DNA of 64,000 nucleotides, from positions 193,998,001-194,062,000 of the forward strand of contig OZ038378.1 in the NCBI GenBank assembly GCA_964036045.1, written 5' to 3'. This stretch comes from Eutreptiella sp. 'Long Island Sound 2002' (taxonomy: Eukaryota > Protista > Euglenida). The notes under the pieces were generated by a model. It made no database searches. It worked only from the letters and a program-made list of their open reading frames with translations, and was not told the DNA's origin. Positions within the stretch are counted from its first letter, which is position 1. Every line of letters starts with the position of its first letter. The position numbers were made by a program, and so were the translations under genes. Positions 1 through 12,607 of the stretch are shown piece after piece.

Positions 1-2436
1 TTGCATGGTGGAGGCTCTACATATGCATTGGTATGCTAGTGCGGTCTTGGAGTTGTTGCTGTGTGTGCTGCACAGTGGACGTCGGCGGTACACGGAGTAC
101 CACCATACTACATGCATTCAGTGCCAATAGTTGCATGGTGCTGTAGTGGTATGGGCCGTGGGTGTGGTGGACACGTTCTTCATGCTACTATTTGGTTACC
201 CTAGTCGCTAGTGGTGCTGGTTGATGGCAGTGTGTGGCAGAGGGTGGGGGGAAACGGAGTGTACATGCATGGTCGAGGTGGTTGTGGGGGCACTTGTGCC
301 TGGTCATAGGTCGTGTGCTAGTCGGAGACTAGATATTGGTGTGGGGGAGTCGGTGTCGAAGTCACCACCGTGGTCTCCACTCCCCATCTCCACGAGTTCG
401 GTGATGGGTGCTCTCAACGGAGCGCTGCATGCTTGTGGGGGTGGGGGAAGTAGTCGATGTTGCTGTTGTTACTGGCAACATGTGACGTCATTGTGCAAAT
501 GTCCGACGAAGGGGTCACTAGGAGAGTGGGAGCTTCTCGGCTGCTCAATTGCTGCATCACTTGGTCCTCCGATGGTAGGCGCCGTAGCTATACGCAATGT
601 TGCTCGTTGCCACCACGTCGGCGACCACGGCAATGGGACTCCAAACTTGACTAGGGCTGGCAGTTGTGGTGCTTGAGCAAGGGGTGGTCAGGTCGTGGGG
701 GATGTAGTCAGCCGTTGGCGCATGTCCCCAAGTAGGCGCGGCGAAGAAGAGACCGAAAAAAAAAAAGACACCCAAAACCTGAGGCCTAGGCTACCCATGC
801 CTAGCGGCCACTTCGTGGCTCCCCATGGGTACCCGCATTGTCACCAAATGACCACCCAAATCCATCCCAACAGGGGACAGAAGGGTTTTGCAAAAAGTCA
901 AATTTTTGAAAAATTTTAGCCAATCCATGCCAGCCTGAAAAGCTAAGTCCTCACTGGCAAGTGCCCACGGGGGGGGGGGGGGGGCTAGGGGTACGTAGAG
1001 TTTGGACCTAGGACCCCGCCATTGGTTAGGCGGTCCATTTTCAAGAAAGAAATTGCCCACGACCTCGGTCTAAATCAACACACAGCGGCCACATTATGCA
1101 AGGAAGTTCCCCCACCGCCCCACCCCCCAGAACAGGGGTACCCAAGTGGGGGGGGGGGGTCAAAATCGAAAAATTCAATGGGGATAATTTTGTTTCCCAA
1201 AATGATGATTTTACAAGGGGTTCGGTATCCAATATCATGCTTTGGGGTATGCTGCGCAAATGATCCCAAAAAAGGGTTGGTGTCTGGCACCCGCGCCAAA
1301 CTCTCTTTAAGATGATACTTTGGCGCCAAATTGGGACCGGACCTTCTTAACATTTTGGGGCTTTTGAGGGTTGGGTGGTTGGTGTCAAGAGCTGCAGTTG
1401 GGCACCCCCCCCCCCGCCCCATCGCCCCATGGTCAGAGGCGAGAGTGGGGGATGAGTTGGGCTGCGGGACCTTCGTCTCATAGTCTTCGGCCGTCAAGGC
1501 TGTCAAGGCTGCACACCAGTCTTCTGAGGGCACTTCAAAGGAATGCCAGGGAGATTTGCAACTGAGAGCAAATCATCTCCTTACAACGTATCGCGTAGAG
1601 ACTGACGTGGATTATTGGGGAGGAGGCAGAAAATCCTTAAGGCCTCAGGGGCCTGCATGTTTTTGCAAAGCTCAAGGCGTTACCAGGGCACGAGCTTATC
1701 CCTCAGATGCGCCATTCTGAGCAGGGACTGCCAAGGCTTTCTTAGGGTGACTAACCCGAAGGGAAAGCCTTTGCTGACCCCAAACCAGACATCAAAAACG
1801 ATGCGTGAGCCACACCAAAAATAAAATGGGAGGGGGTCAGCGTGGGGAACGATGCCACCCAGTGGACACCACCCAGGGAGGCTAGGAGGGTTGTTTACCG
1901 AGCGGACCCAAATGAATCTGCACCAGTAAGGCAAGAATAGGGTTTGTTGGTCCCTAGTGTTGCTTGGACAAGGGTGTTGCCTACGTGATACACTGTACAT
2001 TGTACATGCGGAAGGTTCTGGTGTACTATTCTGAAAAGCAAGGGGCAAAATATGCCACAAAGGCCATCATGCCCAAATCAGCTGCCTTGACAAAAATATG
2101 AACATCCTGCATCTCAAAACCAAGGTATCAGACAGCACACATAGCACACAGTAAGACCAATTGAAACATGCACCGCCAAAAACCACCGTGCGAAAATTGA
2201 TGGAACCAACGCCTAGTGCTGCTCAGACATAGGCGTTGCTGGGCCATAGATTGGACGATGGTCGTCACCCTCCAGAATCACTCTGGCATTCCAACAGTAC
2301 TTCGAGTATCACGCAGTTGTTGCCTTGAGACCTGTTCACCCCTGACTCTGGGACTTGGGATCCTGAGACAGGACCTTCTGCATGGAGCCTTAGTACAATG
2401 GCATTAAGTAGGGGACGGATTCGTGCTGCCTCCATC

Positions 2437-3114
2437 TTACGCTCCGCTGTGACCGGCTGCCACTTTGGTGACACTGGCGAAATCATCCGTTGTCGGCCGC
2501 TGGTCCTGGTCATCATACTGGTCGTCCCTGCGCAGGCCAGACATGCGAGATTGGTCTGCGTAATGCGAGGTGTCAGTCGCGTATGCTGAGGGATCATGAG
2601 ATTGCCCATCGTAACCTGCCTCTGGGTCGTAGGTCGAAGTATATGCCCCTGGTCCTTGCTCTGGGTCGTACGTTGCATAGGCGTTTTGTGGGTCGTAAGC
2701 GGTCCCAGAATCTGCAGTCGGAAGCAGCGAAACATCAACCGCTCCTACTGCTTCGTTTTGACGCTTTTTCTTCTGGACCCTCTTCAGCTTGATGATGCAG
2801 GCAATCAGACAGCACCATGCAGCCAGCACCACGGTGACGATGACCGTGATCATGATGATACGAAATATGTGTGGCTTGCAACAGTCGCCTTCGTTGGATC
2901 CATTGTCATAGTATCCTCCCGTAACGCAGTGCTCCAAAGTTTGGTATTCGCATACTGATTGCCTCTGGTACAACCACGTGCAAGTTCCACAATGGCATGA
3001 AGGCTCGGCAGCCGTGCGACAAATGCCTATTGCATCGGTGGTTTGCGCGTTCGTGCTTGGCAACGTCGTGGCCATCAAGAGCAAGGTGAAGAGGAAAGCC
3101 ATTCTTCGATCCAT
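2437..3114 (-). CDS. Intronless type I single-pass membrane protein (signal peptide, 8-Cys ectodomain, TM helix, Tyr-Asp-Pro repeat tail), 225 aa, function unknown
   Basis: Long ORF. MDRRMAFLFTLLLMATTLPSTNA is a typical signal peptide, followed by a Cys-rich segment, the TM IFRIIMITVIVTVVLAAWCCLIACII, a basic stop-transfer KLKRVQKKKR and repeated YDP motifs. ATG at 3114 chosen because it follows a polypyrimidine-AG site. Confidence 0.85.
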   Translation of the reverse strand: MDRRMAFLFTLLLMATTLPSTNAQTTDAIGICRTAAEPSCHCGTCTWLYQRQSVCEYQTLEHCVTGGYYDNGSNEGDCCKPHIFRIIMITVIVTVVLAAWCCLIACIIKLKRVQKKKRQNEAVGAVDVSLLPTADSGTAYDPQNAYATYDPEQGPGAYTSTYDPEAGYDGQSHDPSAYATDTSHYADQSRMSGLRRDDQYDDQDQRPTTDDFASVTKVAAGHSGA

Positions 3115-3137
3115 TGAATGCAAAACAAAAATAAACA

Positions 3138-3160
3138 CTACAAAAACAAAAAAGAAAGTG
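3138..3160 (-). promoter_or_regulatory. Candidate spliced-leader trans-splice (or 5'UTR cis-splice) acceptor
   Basis: Minus strand CACTTTCTTTTTTGTTTTTGTAG, with the AG 23 nt upstream of the ATG at 3114. Confidence 0.55.
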
Positions 3161-6100
3161 ACCAATGTTTATGGTCATGGAGAGGGGGTGTGGTCGGTGT
3201 CAAGGGGTTGCTGGGTGGTGTGTCAAGGTTGTTTTGATGGGCGGGGGGGGGGGGGGCTGGGTTGCAGTGCCCTTCGGAGAGGGTGGTGGAACGGGCAAAT
3301 GAGTGGGTGGGTGGGGTGTAGCTGCCATTCCTTCTGGGGGACAATCTATGCTGTATCCCACGGGCCCCCCTTGCGCAACAACCAAGAATGTTTCACTGTT
3401 TGAACACAGGGTAGTAACTAAAAGGTGTTTAGAGGGTATAATAGGGTCGCTTGACCAGTTGGCCCATTTTTGGGTCCAGGGTAGCATGGGGCCTGTCACC
3501 TGTGTTGGTTGAGATGAACCCCCCCCCCCTACACACACGCACCAACCAACCCTCTTGCCTAGAGGGCCAGCTCCTACGACCCCACAAGGTCCAAACAAAG
3601 GGCACCTAGCGTAGCAGCTCCTGCAAACAACCCGGCATGGTAGCAGGGGAGCACAAGAGCACCCTGTGCACTCGCCCCTAGTGACCTGGCACCAAAAGAA
3701 TAACCCTCAAGATGCTAGCTTGTGGGCCAGAGGGCCCACTTGCATTGCGATGGACAGAGAGAGACACCCGTGTGGGCGAGGAAACCCCGATCGGCCATGA
3801 CGGTGCGTGGATTGGCTGCAAGGAGACACCGCAGGAGTCCGAAACTTGCACCTCAGTGCACGCACGCCCCATACCCTCGGCCCAAACTACACTTCAAGAG
3901 CTGCATGTCAAGAGCAGCGTGGGGCCACGAGTTGGGTTTTGACCAAGACCAAGACTAAGACCAACCTCTTGCCCCAATCTTGCCGTTGTAGCCAAACGTG
4001 TGTACATGCCAACATCTGTTCATGAGCACAACCCACACTGCCCAGCACCAATGATAAATCTGCGCCATAGCAAACCGACCCATTCAGATACATGTATTCT
4101 TTACTCCTGCATTTCCAAGAATTGGAGATGTTCCTTCCTGATGGGCCTGTTCACTCTCCGAAGAAGCAATTTGGATGTCTAGAAATTAGGAACTCTGGGG
4201 TGTTTTTGCACAGCGTCTACAGCGCATACACAGCACGTGCACAGCGCAAAATAGTAATTCAACTCTGGTGTGACCGCCCCAAAATCCACCCACCTCTGGA
4301 GAAGCACACGTGCGCATGGCACAAACAACAAACATCCTCATGGGACCCCAGCCAAATGTCACGCACAACCGTCCAAGAAGAAATGCAAGCAAATAAATGT
4401 ACCACCCGCGCTCTATAATACCCATGAATATCAGTTTCGGTCTTTTGCCGGTCAGTCAATGTCTTGCGGCCAATGCGAGGGATGTGGGAATGCAATCTTC
4501 CCTTCTATGCACTATCATGTATACCCACCTCAAACTCCATGAAAAGTCCTTTGACACAATCATGATTCCACTGCAACGGTTCGAATGTCATTGAAATTGC
4601 TATGTACATTCGGTAGTACGCTATGGACATCAGTCGGATAGCTTATACGGTACCTGGAGGGCGCATAGCCTTTCTGATTCTGTTGCGGGCGTCATGTGAA
4701 AAGCGACAGCCCTATAATATACTCACTGTCTGCATGCTGTAACACTGTCCTACTCAGATTCTGTCGGTAAGAAACCAGCACTCATTAAGCCATACAGTCT
4801 CTGAGGTCCTAGGCTATTGTGTGTGTGTTCGTGTGGGCTCAGTTACACCGTCGGTGCTCACGGGTAGGCATGTGCATCTCAGCCGTTCAAGCAGGAACTA
4901 GGGCCGGCCTCCGTGCCTGGTGAAAATGATCATGGCTGACTACTGGACTGTCTGCGAGGGGGCCATGAGGCAACGGATACTGGGCTCGCATACGCCCCCT
5001 TGTCACAGGCGCATGGTCATCACCACATTGTTCAGTGTTTTGCTTGCTGCACTGCAGCGCAGACCAGTTTTGTACCACACCAGGTGGTTGCTGACTGTGC
5101 ATTGGCTCTGGCCCTCTGAACACCGAGGTCAGCTCGCACCCACCGCCCACCCACAGTGCCGGTTAGTCTCTAACCCTTGCCCTGCAGGTCGTGCTCTTGT
5201 CATGCACTTGCATGCACTTGCTCCCTGGCACGTGAGGACGTGTCGTACTCGAGCCTCGGGGGCGCAAAGGCGCCTTTGGTGGCGCCATGGCGTCTCAACA
5301 TTTCAGCAAGTGCTCCGGCTGTCAGGAAACTCAACAGATCGTTACTGTACTGCGCGTGGCGCATACCATTTCTGCTCCACACCATGCATGCGCATGCTGC
5401 TCACATATTCATGCCTGCTTGCTTCCGTCTTCCTCACTTGGGCCGCCCTCTCTCAACCCCAGTCATGCATCGGCCTTTCAACACGTAATGACGTGTCGAG
5501 CGAGGGGGGGGGGGGGGGGGCAAGCAGGTTGTGGAAGCTGCTACTTGAGGGGTAGCACACCCGGCACCAACCGCGCTGGCACTGGTTGGATCCCCATTGC
5601 CGTCACATGATGGACGGGACCTCCCATCGACCCCTTCGAGTACCGGTGGCGGCGCGCCGTGCTACAGGCGTGTGGTGCCGCGGTGCGTTTTCCTATGTTT
5701 TGGGGGGGGGGGGGGTTAGTAAGGTAAACTGCCAGAACGAGAAAACAGACGAGACCTCCACCAATCCACCGGCGGCACCAGCAGTGGCGCGTGTTGGTGT
5801 AGGGGCGGGTGGTTCCAACGCTGCCCACTGGAGAGCACTATGTGCAAGGGAACCAGGATTCGAACCCCCCCTCATGTCGACCGAAGACTACTATGCTCTC
5901 CGCTGGGCCGTCTATGTCTCTTACCTTCCATAGCGGGAAAGTGAGATCACGGTTCAAAGGAGGGTGGCAGAGAGGGGCCATATCTAGCTGTGGACTGAAT
6001 TTAGGCTATGAGCGTCACAAGAGCAGTGTGTGGAGCAAATGCAAGAGCTGCCAGAATTGCCCGTTGGGTTATCAGGCATTACTTGTAGGCCCAGTTCTTG

Positions 6101-6265
6101 CCACAGGGCGTGTGACACTCCATGTGGCACCGTGACCGGGTCGGGGGACAGTATGGCGAAAAAAGAGAAATCGAGCACCTTAGGTGCAAGTGGCGTTTGT
6201 GAAGCATGATCATGCGTATCGAGTTTAATTCTTTTTGCTTGCGGGGTGGCCTATGTGGGAATGAT

Positions 6266-9200
6266 CTATAGTGCCGGTGTTGTGTGTGTAGGATATTTTG
6301 GGTGGGACACGCGCCCAACGTTGGAGAGCCGGTCGGCTTCCTCATTGCCTGGTATGTCCACATGGGACGGTACATGAACCCATAGGATTTCACGGTTCGG
6401 CTGTGAGATTTCCTGAAGAAGTTCTTCCCAGAGCTCAATGCAAGCTACACATCCACTAGACCCTTGCCAGTGTCGGCTCTTCCATCTATGGGCTGCACCA
6501 TGCGCGCCCAAGATGACATATGCTGAGTCTGTGCACAGTGCAATGCGTTGGTTAGGGAAAATTTTGAGAGCCTGCAGGGCTGCGTAGAGCTCTGGAGCGT
6601 TGTTAGTCTGACGGAGGTGCACAAGCATTTAGTTTAGCAATCCGGTGGCCACTTTCTGTGGCTATCCCGTAAGTAGCAATGCGGCCCTCTCCCGGCTCAT
6701 CGTGTAAAGAGCCGTCACTGAACACGAGCAGATACCCCTGTTCGCGGAGGTCGTGGAGTTCGGATTCTAGTTCTTCTGCCCTTTGTAGTTTGCAACACTT
6801 ACGGTTGGTAGCTTTTCTCTGCGCCACAGTGGGAGGTGGGGGGGGGGGGTGTTGGGACAGTGTGATCGGGGGGACGTACAATTTGTCCAAATACACTTCC
6901 AGGGTGTGACAGAATAGGGTCAGATGGTCGGTAGTAATCAAACAGTGCGTTGCAGTAGCCCATTTAGCCAGGTACGAGCACCAGTTGGACAGAAAAGACG
7001 TCCAGGGCGGGGTTGCTGCTTGCTGCTTCTTTACTGCCGACCTAATGAGCCAGCTCACATGCACCGCCGAGTATGCTAGGACGCCATGCGGCGTGGTGAG
7101 CGTTGCCTGTGTGTTTGTATTGAATAGGCTAGCAATGTCAACATGGAAACATTCACGGATGAGAGAAAAGGGGTGTTCAATAAATTTGCAATCAGTGACG
7201 CAATGTGCCACCGTTTCGGTTTCGTGGTCAAGACCTCCAGCGGTTTCCATTCAGGCTGTCGTTCACCTATCCTAAGCTTCCTCCATAGCGCTGTGTGAAC
7301 ACAATCATGGAGGGTAGCAGGGAGCCCTGCCTTGGAGAGCGTGGCCCAGACGCCCGGTGTCTGTCTTGTGTCCGGCGTCTGTCTTGTGTCCGGCTGACTA
7401 GAGGTGGAAAGAAGATTTGCCATGTTGTGGCTGGTCCAGTCATACCAGAAAGGCAGCGGGGGCCATGGCTTTGCACGCTGTGGAGCAAGGCATTTTTGTC
7501 TGGATTGGAAAATGGTGCCTGTGCCGCTGGTGGGGCTTGTTGTCCCCCCTAGCGCCGCTTGATATTATAGGTCTCCAAGTGGGGGCAATTTGAAAAATAA
7601 GAGAGTCATCCTCTAATAGTTGCCCTACTGTAAGCACACCTGCATGGATCAAAGGGGGGCTGAAGTATGTTTGGGAGTGCTGGTTGCGAAAACAATTGTT
7701 GTGCCAAAGAGGTGTGTCATAACTCAACATCGTGTCATGATAGGCTTGAATATTCTGACGGATCAGGGAAAAGGCCCGCGCACTCCACCCTCGGTACGGC
7801 CTGGTGCGCCAAACTACGTTACTCCCGATTTAAAAATACGGGAGGTCGGCCCAGCGTGTGGACATGCCATGTGTGCGTGCAAAAATTTGGAATGTTGTCT
7901 TAACCGCCCCCGGAAAGGGGGCCGGGTCTTGGAGGTAGCGGATAAACACTCTGGAGTGCTGCCGATAGAGAAAGGTTTTTGGCTGTGGGAGCGAGAAACC
8001 TCCCTCCCCTTGGGGCAGGGCCAGTATATTGTGCGTCAGATCCCACAAAGTGAGTCACAACGCCACGTTGTAAACAATTTTTAGCGTATTGAATACCCCG
8101 TCAGTGGGGAAAACCACTCTAGCCGGGAACACAAACAGGGGCAGAATCCACAATTTAAGTAGCATGGCGCGCTCTAAAAAAGAAAGGGACCAAGATTGCA
8201 TGGAAAACGCACATCCCAAGGCCTTTTGTGGGGCTGGCTCGCACGAGGTGTCTCCGTTGACATGCCCAAAAACCACCCCGAGATATTTGTACCGGTCAAC
8301 AACCGGCATGCCCGTCTGTCTATACTCCTTTGAGCAGCAGTGCGGACTTTGTGTGGTTGATGTGGAGCCCTGAGTGGTTTGTGAAAACTTGGATAATGTG
8401 AAGTGCAACTGTGATAAGCGGTATTGCCATGTCTAGCGGGCACTTGATGATGATAAGAAGATCATCTGCATACAACGAAACAGTAATCAAAGGCGAAGCT
8501 TCAGTGAGCTCATGAGCCAGTGGCGAAATCATAGTTGCAAATAGAGTGGGGGACAGGGGGCATCCTTGTCTAACACCTGACCGAAGGTGAAAACACTTGT
8601 CTGTGCGCACCTGTCCTTGGATAAGCAAGATGATAGGGGCTTGAAAAAGGTTCAAAATGAGAGTGACCATATCATCTGGCAAAAACAGCATGCCGAGAGA
8701 AGTCTTGGCATAGTCATGTGTGATGGATTCAAAAGCCTTCCTAAAATCGACGGGGCAGAAAATGCCCTCCTAGGCGGTATGCCACTCGCCAAAGCAGTGC
8801 CACAGGTGGTCGAATATGGATCATCCCTAAAACCTTTTTTTCAGATGGTGGGATTGTTGCGACTAGATCTTGGGTTTGCAGGGAGATGATCGCCGCCGTC
8901 CACTTGTGAGACGTGTTCTGAAGCACTAGGGGCCGGTAGTGTGCCACGTGGACTGTCCCTCTCCCTTTGGGAATAAGGTTGAGCAGTGCAACTGCCCAGT
9001 CTGGGTTCAGTGACCCGGTTGCCAATGTGCTTTCTGTGATCTGTAGCATACGTGGCGCAAAAGCGCCCCGAAACTTAGAGTAGACAGAGCAGGGGATACC
9101 GTCTACCCCAAGGAATGACGTTTTATTCAAAGTGTCAAGCGCCGCTTCCACCAAGGAGATAGTGAGGGGCCGAATGAGCATTCGTGCCATGAGTTTTACG

Positions 9201-10675
9201 TTGAATTTGGAGAAAAAAAGGTTGGAGGTAGCGTTGGCAAGCCTCCTCTGCACTGCCTTTGGAGGGCATGGTGTCGTGCCAGTAGTGTAGGATTTCATCA
9301 GCCATAGAATCCGGGTCAGGTAGCAGGATCACTTTTTTGTTCCAGAGGGATTGCACTTTTCGTTTATCTTGTAGCTGCTTGACCAATCTCTAGACTTCAA
9401 ATTTTTTGCGTCTGGGGTTGTCCGTGTAGGGGTCTTCCAGCACCGATTTTAGCCGATCGAGGACCATTTGTCCCGTTTGGTCATGATTGTTGTGCTCTGC
9501 TAGAGAGACCAGAATGGAATATGCCGCCTTTGGATTTGTGGTGTGGTAGCAGTGCTGTTTGAGATAGGTCCATGCTTCCACTGGAATGGAGTCACAGGAC
9601 GAGAGCATCATAATGGCCTGAGTTCTGTGTTGCCCTACTTGCGTTGTATGCGTTCATAGCGGATGGCATGCATGTGTATCGTGTCCGGGGCCAAGGACCA
9701 CTGGGTTTCGTTGTCATGCTGTAGGGCACCCAGTTCCACTTCAATAGCGGCCACTGTGTCTGGGTCCCGTAGGAAAGCTTTCGGGCAGCGGATTCTTTTG
9801 TTGGTGGTTGGTGAACTGCTATTTTTTAGATGCAAGACCAGTGCCTTGTGATCCGAGGACGCCGGGAAGGTGGGAAAGCCTGCTTTGAGATGGGATTGGT
9901 GGGCACAAGGAATTAAAATGTGATCTATCCTCCGGCGTCTATCCCTAAGATGCTGGTCTATTTGCAGAACGTTAGTGTAGTTTGGATCTGTGGACTGCGG
10001 GACCCCTGAGGCGAAGCCCCGGGTAAATCCTTCTAGTGGGAAATCATCGGCCCAGCCGCCGTGCATGGACACATAAGAGTCAACTAGATTTTGCTAGATG
10101 AATGAAGACTAGATGAAAAGAGTTTCTGCTTCCTTGGCCTGGATCACAGGCTTTTGCTGAGGGTGTGGGGAGTGGTATGCCTTATCCCGGGTGGGTAGGA
10201 TCACTGAATTGTGATTGCTCGGTATGATAGTCTGTGAAGGTATGTCTGTCTTTAGGGCTCAAAGTTCAGCCCATTGCTGGCGTTTGTAGAGAGCATCGTG
10301 ATGAAAGTGTGCAGAGATGACTGGGTGGGTGATCCCATTCAAGTCTGTGACCTCTGCATACAATATTCTCGGCGAAACCGCCCACAAGGTTTTCAAAGCC
10401 CATTTTTGGGGGAAGAGCAGTGCTGCCCCCCCCCCCCCCCTGCCGGAGGGGGCGACATTGCAGAGCAGTTGGATACCTCGCGCACAAAAAATTCTATCAT
10501 ATCATACCGTTCATCCTGACGGCTAATATGTGGCTCCTAAAGCGCCATGATGTGTATATCATTGTGATGGTAGAAACACTCAATTTGGTGTTTGCGGTGT
10601 TCCGTGTCTGTCTGTGTAATTTTTTTTTACCTTGGTACCGAGGTCAGTACAATTGAAGGTCGCCACTTTGAGGGA
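6266..10675 (-). pseudogene. LINE ORF2 (endonuclease, reverse transcriptase, zinc finger, RNase H), broken into at least 10 frame fragments
   Basis: ORF-track fragments 9635-10072, 8741-9298, 8320-8691, 8055-8408, 7830-8048, 7076-7423, 6603-7250, 6266-6628, plus hand translation of 10100-10675. A related C-terminal tail continues to about 5950. Some shifts fall in homopolymers and may be sequencing errors. Confidence 0.9.
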
Positions 10676-10680
10676 AGTAG

Positions 10681-12607
10681 CTAGGAAAGCTGGGGGGTTT
10701 TTTCGCCGGTCCGGGGGTGGGGCGGCTTTTGGTGGGACGGGGGGGGGGGGGGTAGAGCCTCATGTAGTGTGATGGCTACCACCTTTGGTGTGGTAAAACT
10801 TTTTGTGGAAAACCGCTGTGTGGTGTTGAGGCTGTTGTTTAGAATGGTATGCGCGTTTGAGGCCTTGAAGACCTTGTACGGATGGAAACGGCGACAGCCC
10901 AGGGGTGAGAGGTGTTTGTTCTTGGGACTAGCCCGGTCGTGGTGTGAGGGCGGCGGTGTAGACATCATTTTTTGTGTGAGCGAGTTGCTTGAGCGTATGT
11001 CTTGGCTGTATTAGAGGAAACACGTGTGCTCATGGATTCCTTCCGAAGAGCATAGTACTCTTCAATGGAGATCGGGGTCTGTGTGACATCTTAACTGTGA
11101 TCAGTCAGGATTTTATTGCGGGTATGCTCCGGCCCGTTGAGCTTTCAGGCAACCGTATCAAGCGTGTCTAGGTTCCAGGGTAGGGGCGAGAAAGAAGTGG
11201 GGGCTAAATTCGCAGAAGCCAGCAAATCGCTAAGCTATTCCTCAAAAATGTAATCTGGTATTCCGTACAGTACCATGGACACTGATGCACTGGAGGATCC
11301 GGCAGAAGTGTAGCCAGATTTGACAAACTGAGTGTCTGATAGGTTGTCTATCATCTAGCCTTTGAATCGTTCATTGCGGAAAAGAAGGCCTTGGGCCATG
11401 AGCTCTACTGCGTCAGTGGACATGAAGCGGTCGCAGCCTCCGTCATCGAAAATGCCCAGCCGTAGGAAATTGTACCCTGCCAGCTGCAGAGACCACTTGG
11501 AAGGATGTTCAAGGGACCGCAATAGTGAATTGTACATAGTGTGGAATATTTTCTTACTGTGGGTGTGACGCACTGTTTTCTTAAAGAAAAGCTGCATGAC
11601 CACGGCACATTCTCCGAATTGTTTTCCTTTGTGTTCTTCTAGCGTCATAAGAGCAGAATGGTCGGTGTGTGCAAAATCACGAAGGAGGCTTTTCTTGTTG
11701 TGTGCATCCACTTGGGTGGAGAAAATGCATGTGGATACATTTTGGGACTTGTTGAAAACTTTACCCGCAGAGTTTTTGCATTTTTTCCGTGTGACATTGA
11801 GGTCACGCATCGCTGATGGCATGATTTTTTCATCAATATGAATGTGTCAGGTGGTGCACTAGGTCAGGTGTACTGGCCCTTGTCCAGCTGTGCTCTAGGC
11901 GTGAGCATTTGGATTGTTGTGTATTCCGGCTGGAGTTGCTGTTTAATGGACAGCTGCGTGGCTTGGACAACCGGAAAGTGTTTGGTTGTCCCAGGTTGTG
12001 TGGTGTTCAAAGCGCGATTCAGTCTAGAAACCACTGACGCACATCATGGAAGCTTGTCAAGGAGGTCCCGGGAGGTAACCCCTTCCTTCACTTCGATGAG
12101 CAGGTCCATATGTACCGGATTAAAGTGGTGAATCAGTCTGGAGGCAACAATCACTTGACACAGCGCAGAGAGCTGGTCCTGTCGTGGTGCAAATAGAAAA
12201 CTGGGGTGTTCCTTAGTGAAAATAGCTTTTAGCGAGCCTCAGTCTTTATCCGCTAGGCCTTGCCAGTTGTTGTGTGCAGACTCAACATCAAGCCATGTGT
12301 GGCTTTGCATGACATAATCATGGGTTTCAAGATTGAAGCGCAACATAAGTAGATGTTGTTCTTCGGTAGCAAGCGATGGTGTAGGATCCGCCTTCATAGT
12401 GGCGTCTAGCGCAGACCGCATGTCCGCGACCGCCTTGATTGATGCTGAGGAAAAACCTCCAACCCTTGGCACCGTCGGCGCTGGTGGTTTGTCCGCTGCG
12501 ATTTTGACTTTTTGCATTGTAGGCAGAGTCCTTTGGTGCAATGTGGCCCATGTGTCTTTATCTACTATTCCGGCAATATTTAGAATGGTCTTAATGTAAA
12601 ACTCCAT
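10681..12607 (-). pseudogene. LINE ORF1 (frameshifted; no recognised domain)
   Basis: Protein-like fragments 12239-12607, 11355-11822 and 10681-10968 lie immediately 5' of the endonuclease on the same strand. The ATG at 12607 sits inside a 16-bp tandem duplication. Confidence 0.65.
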
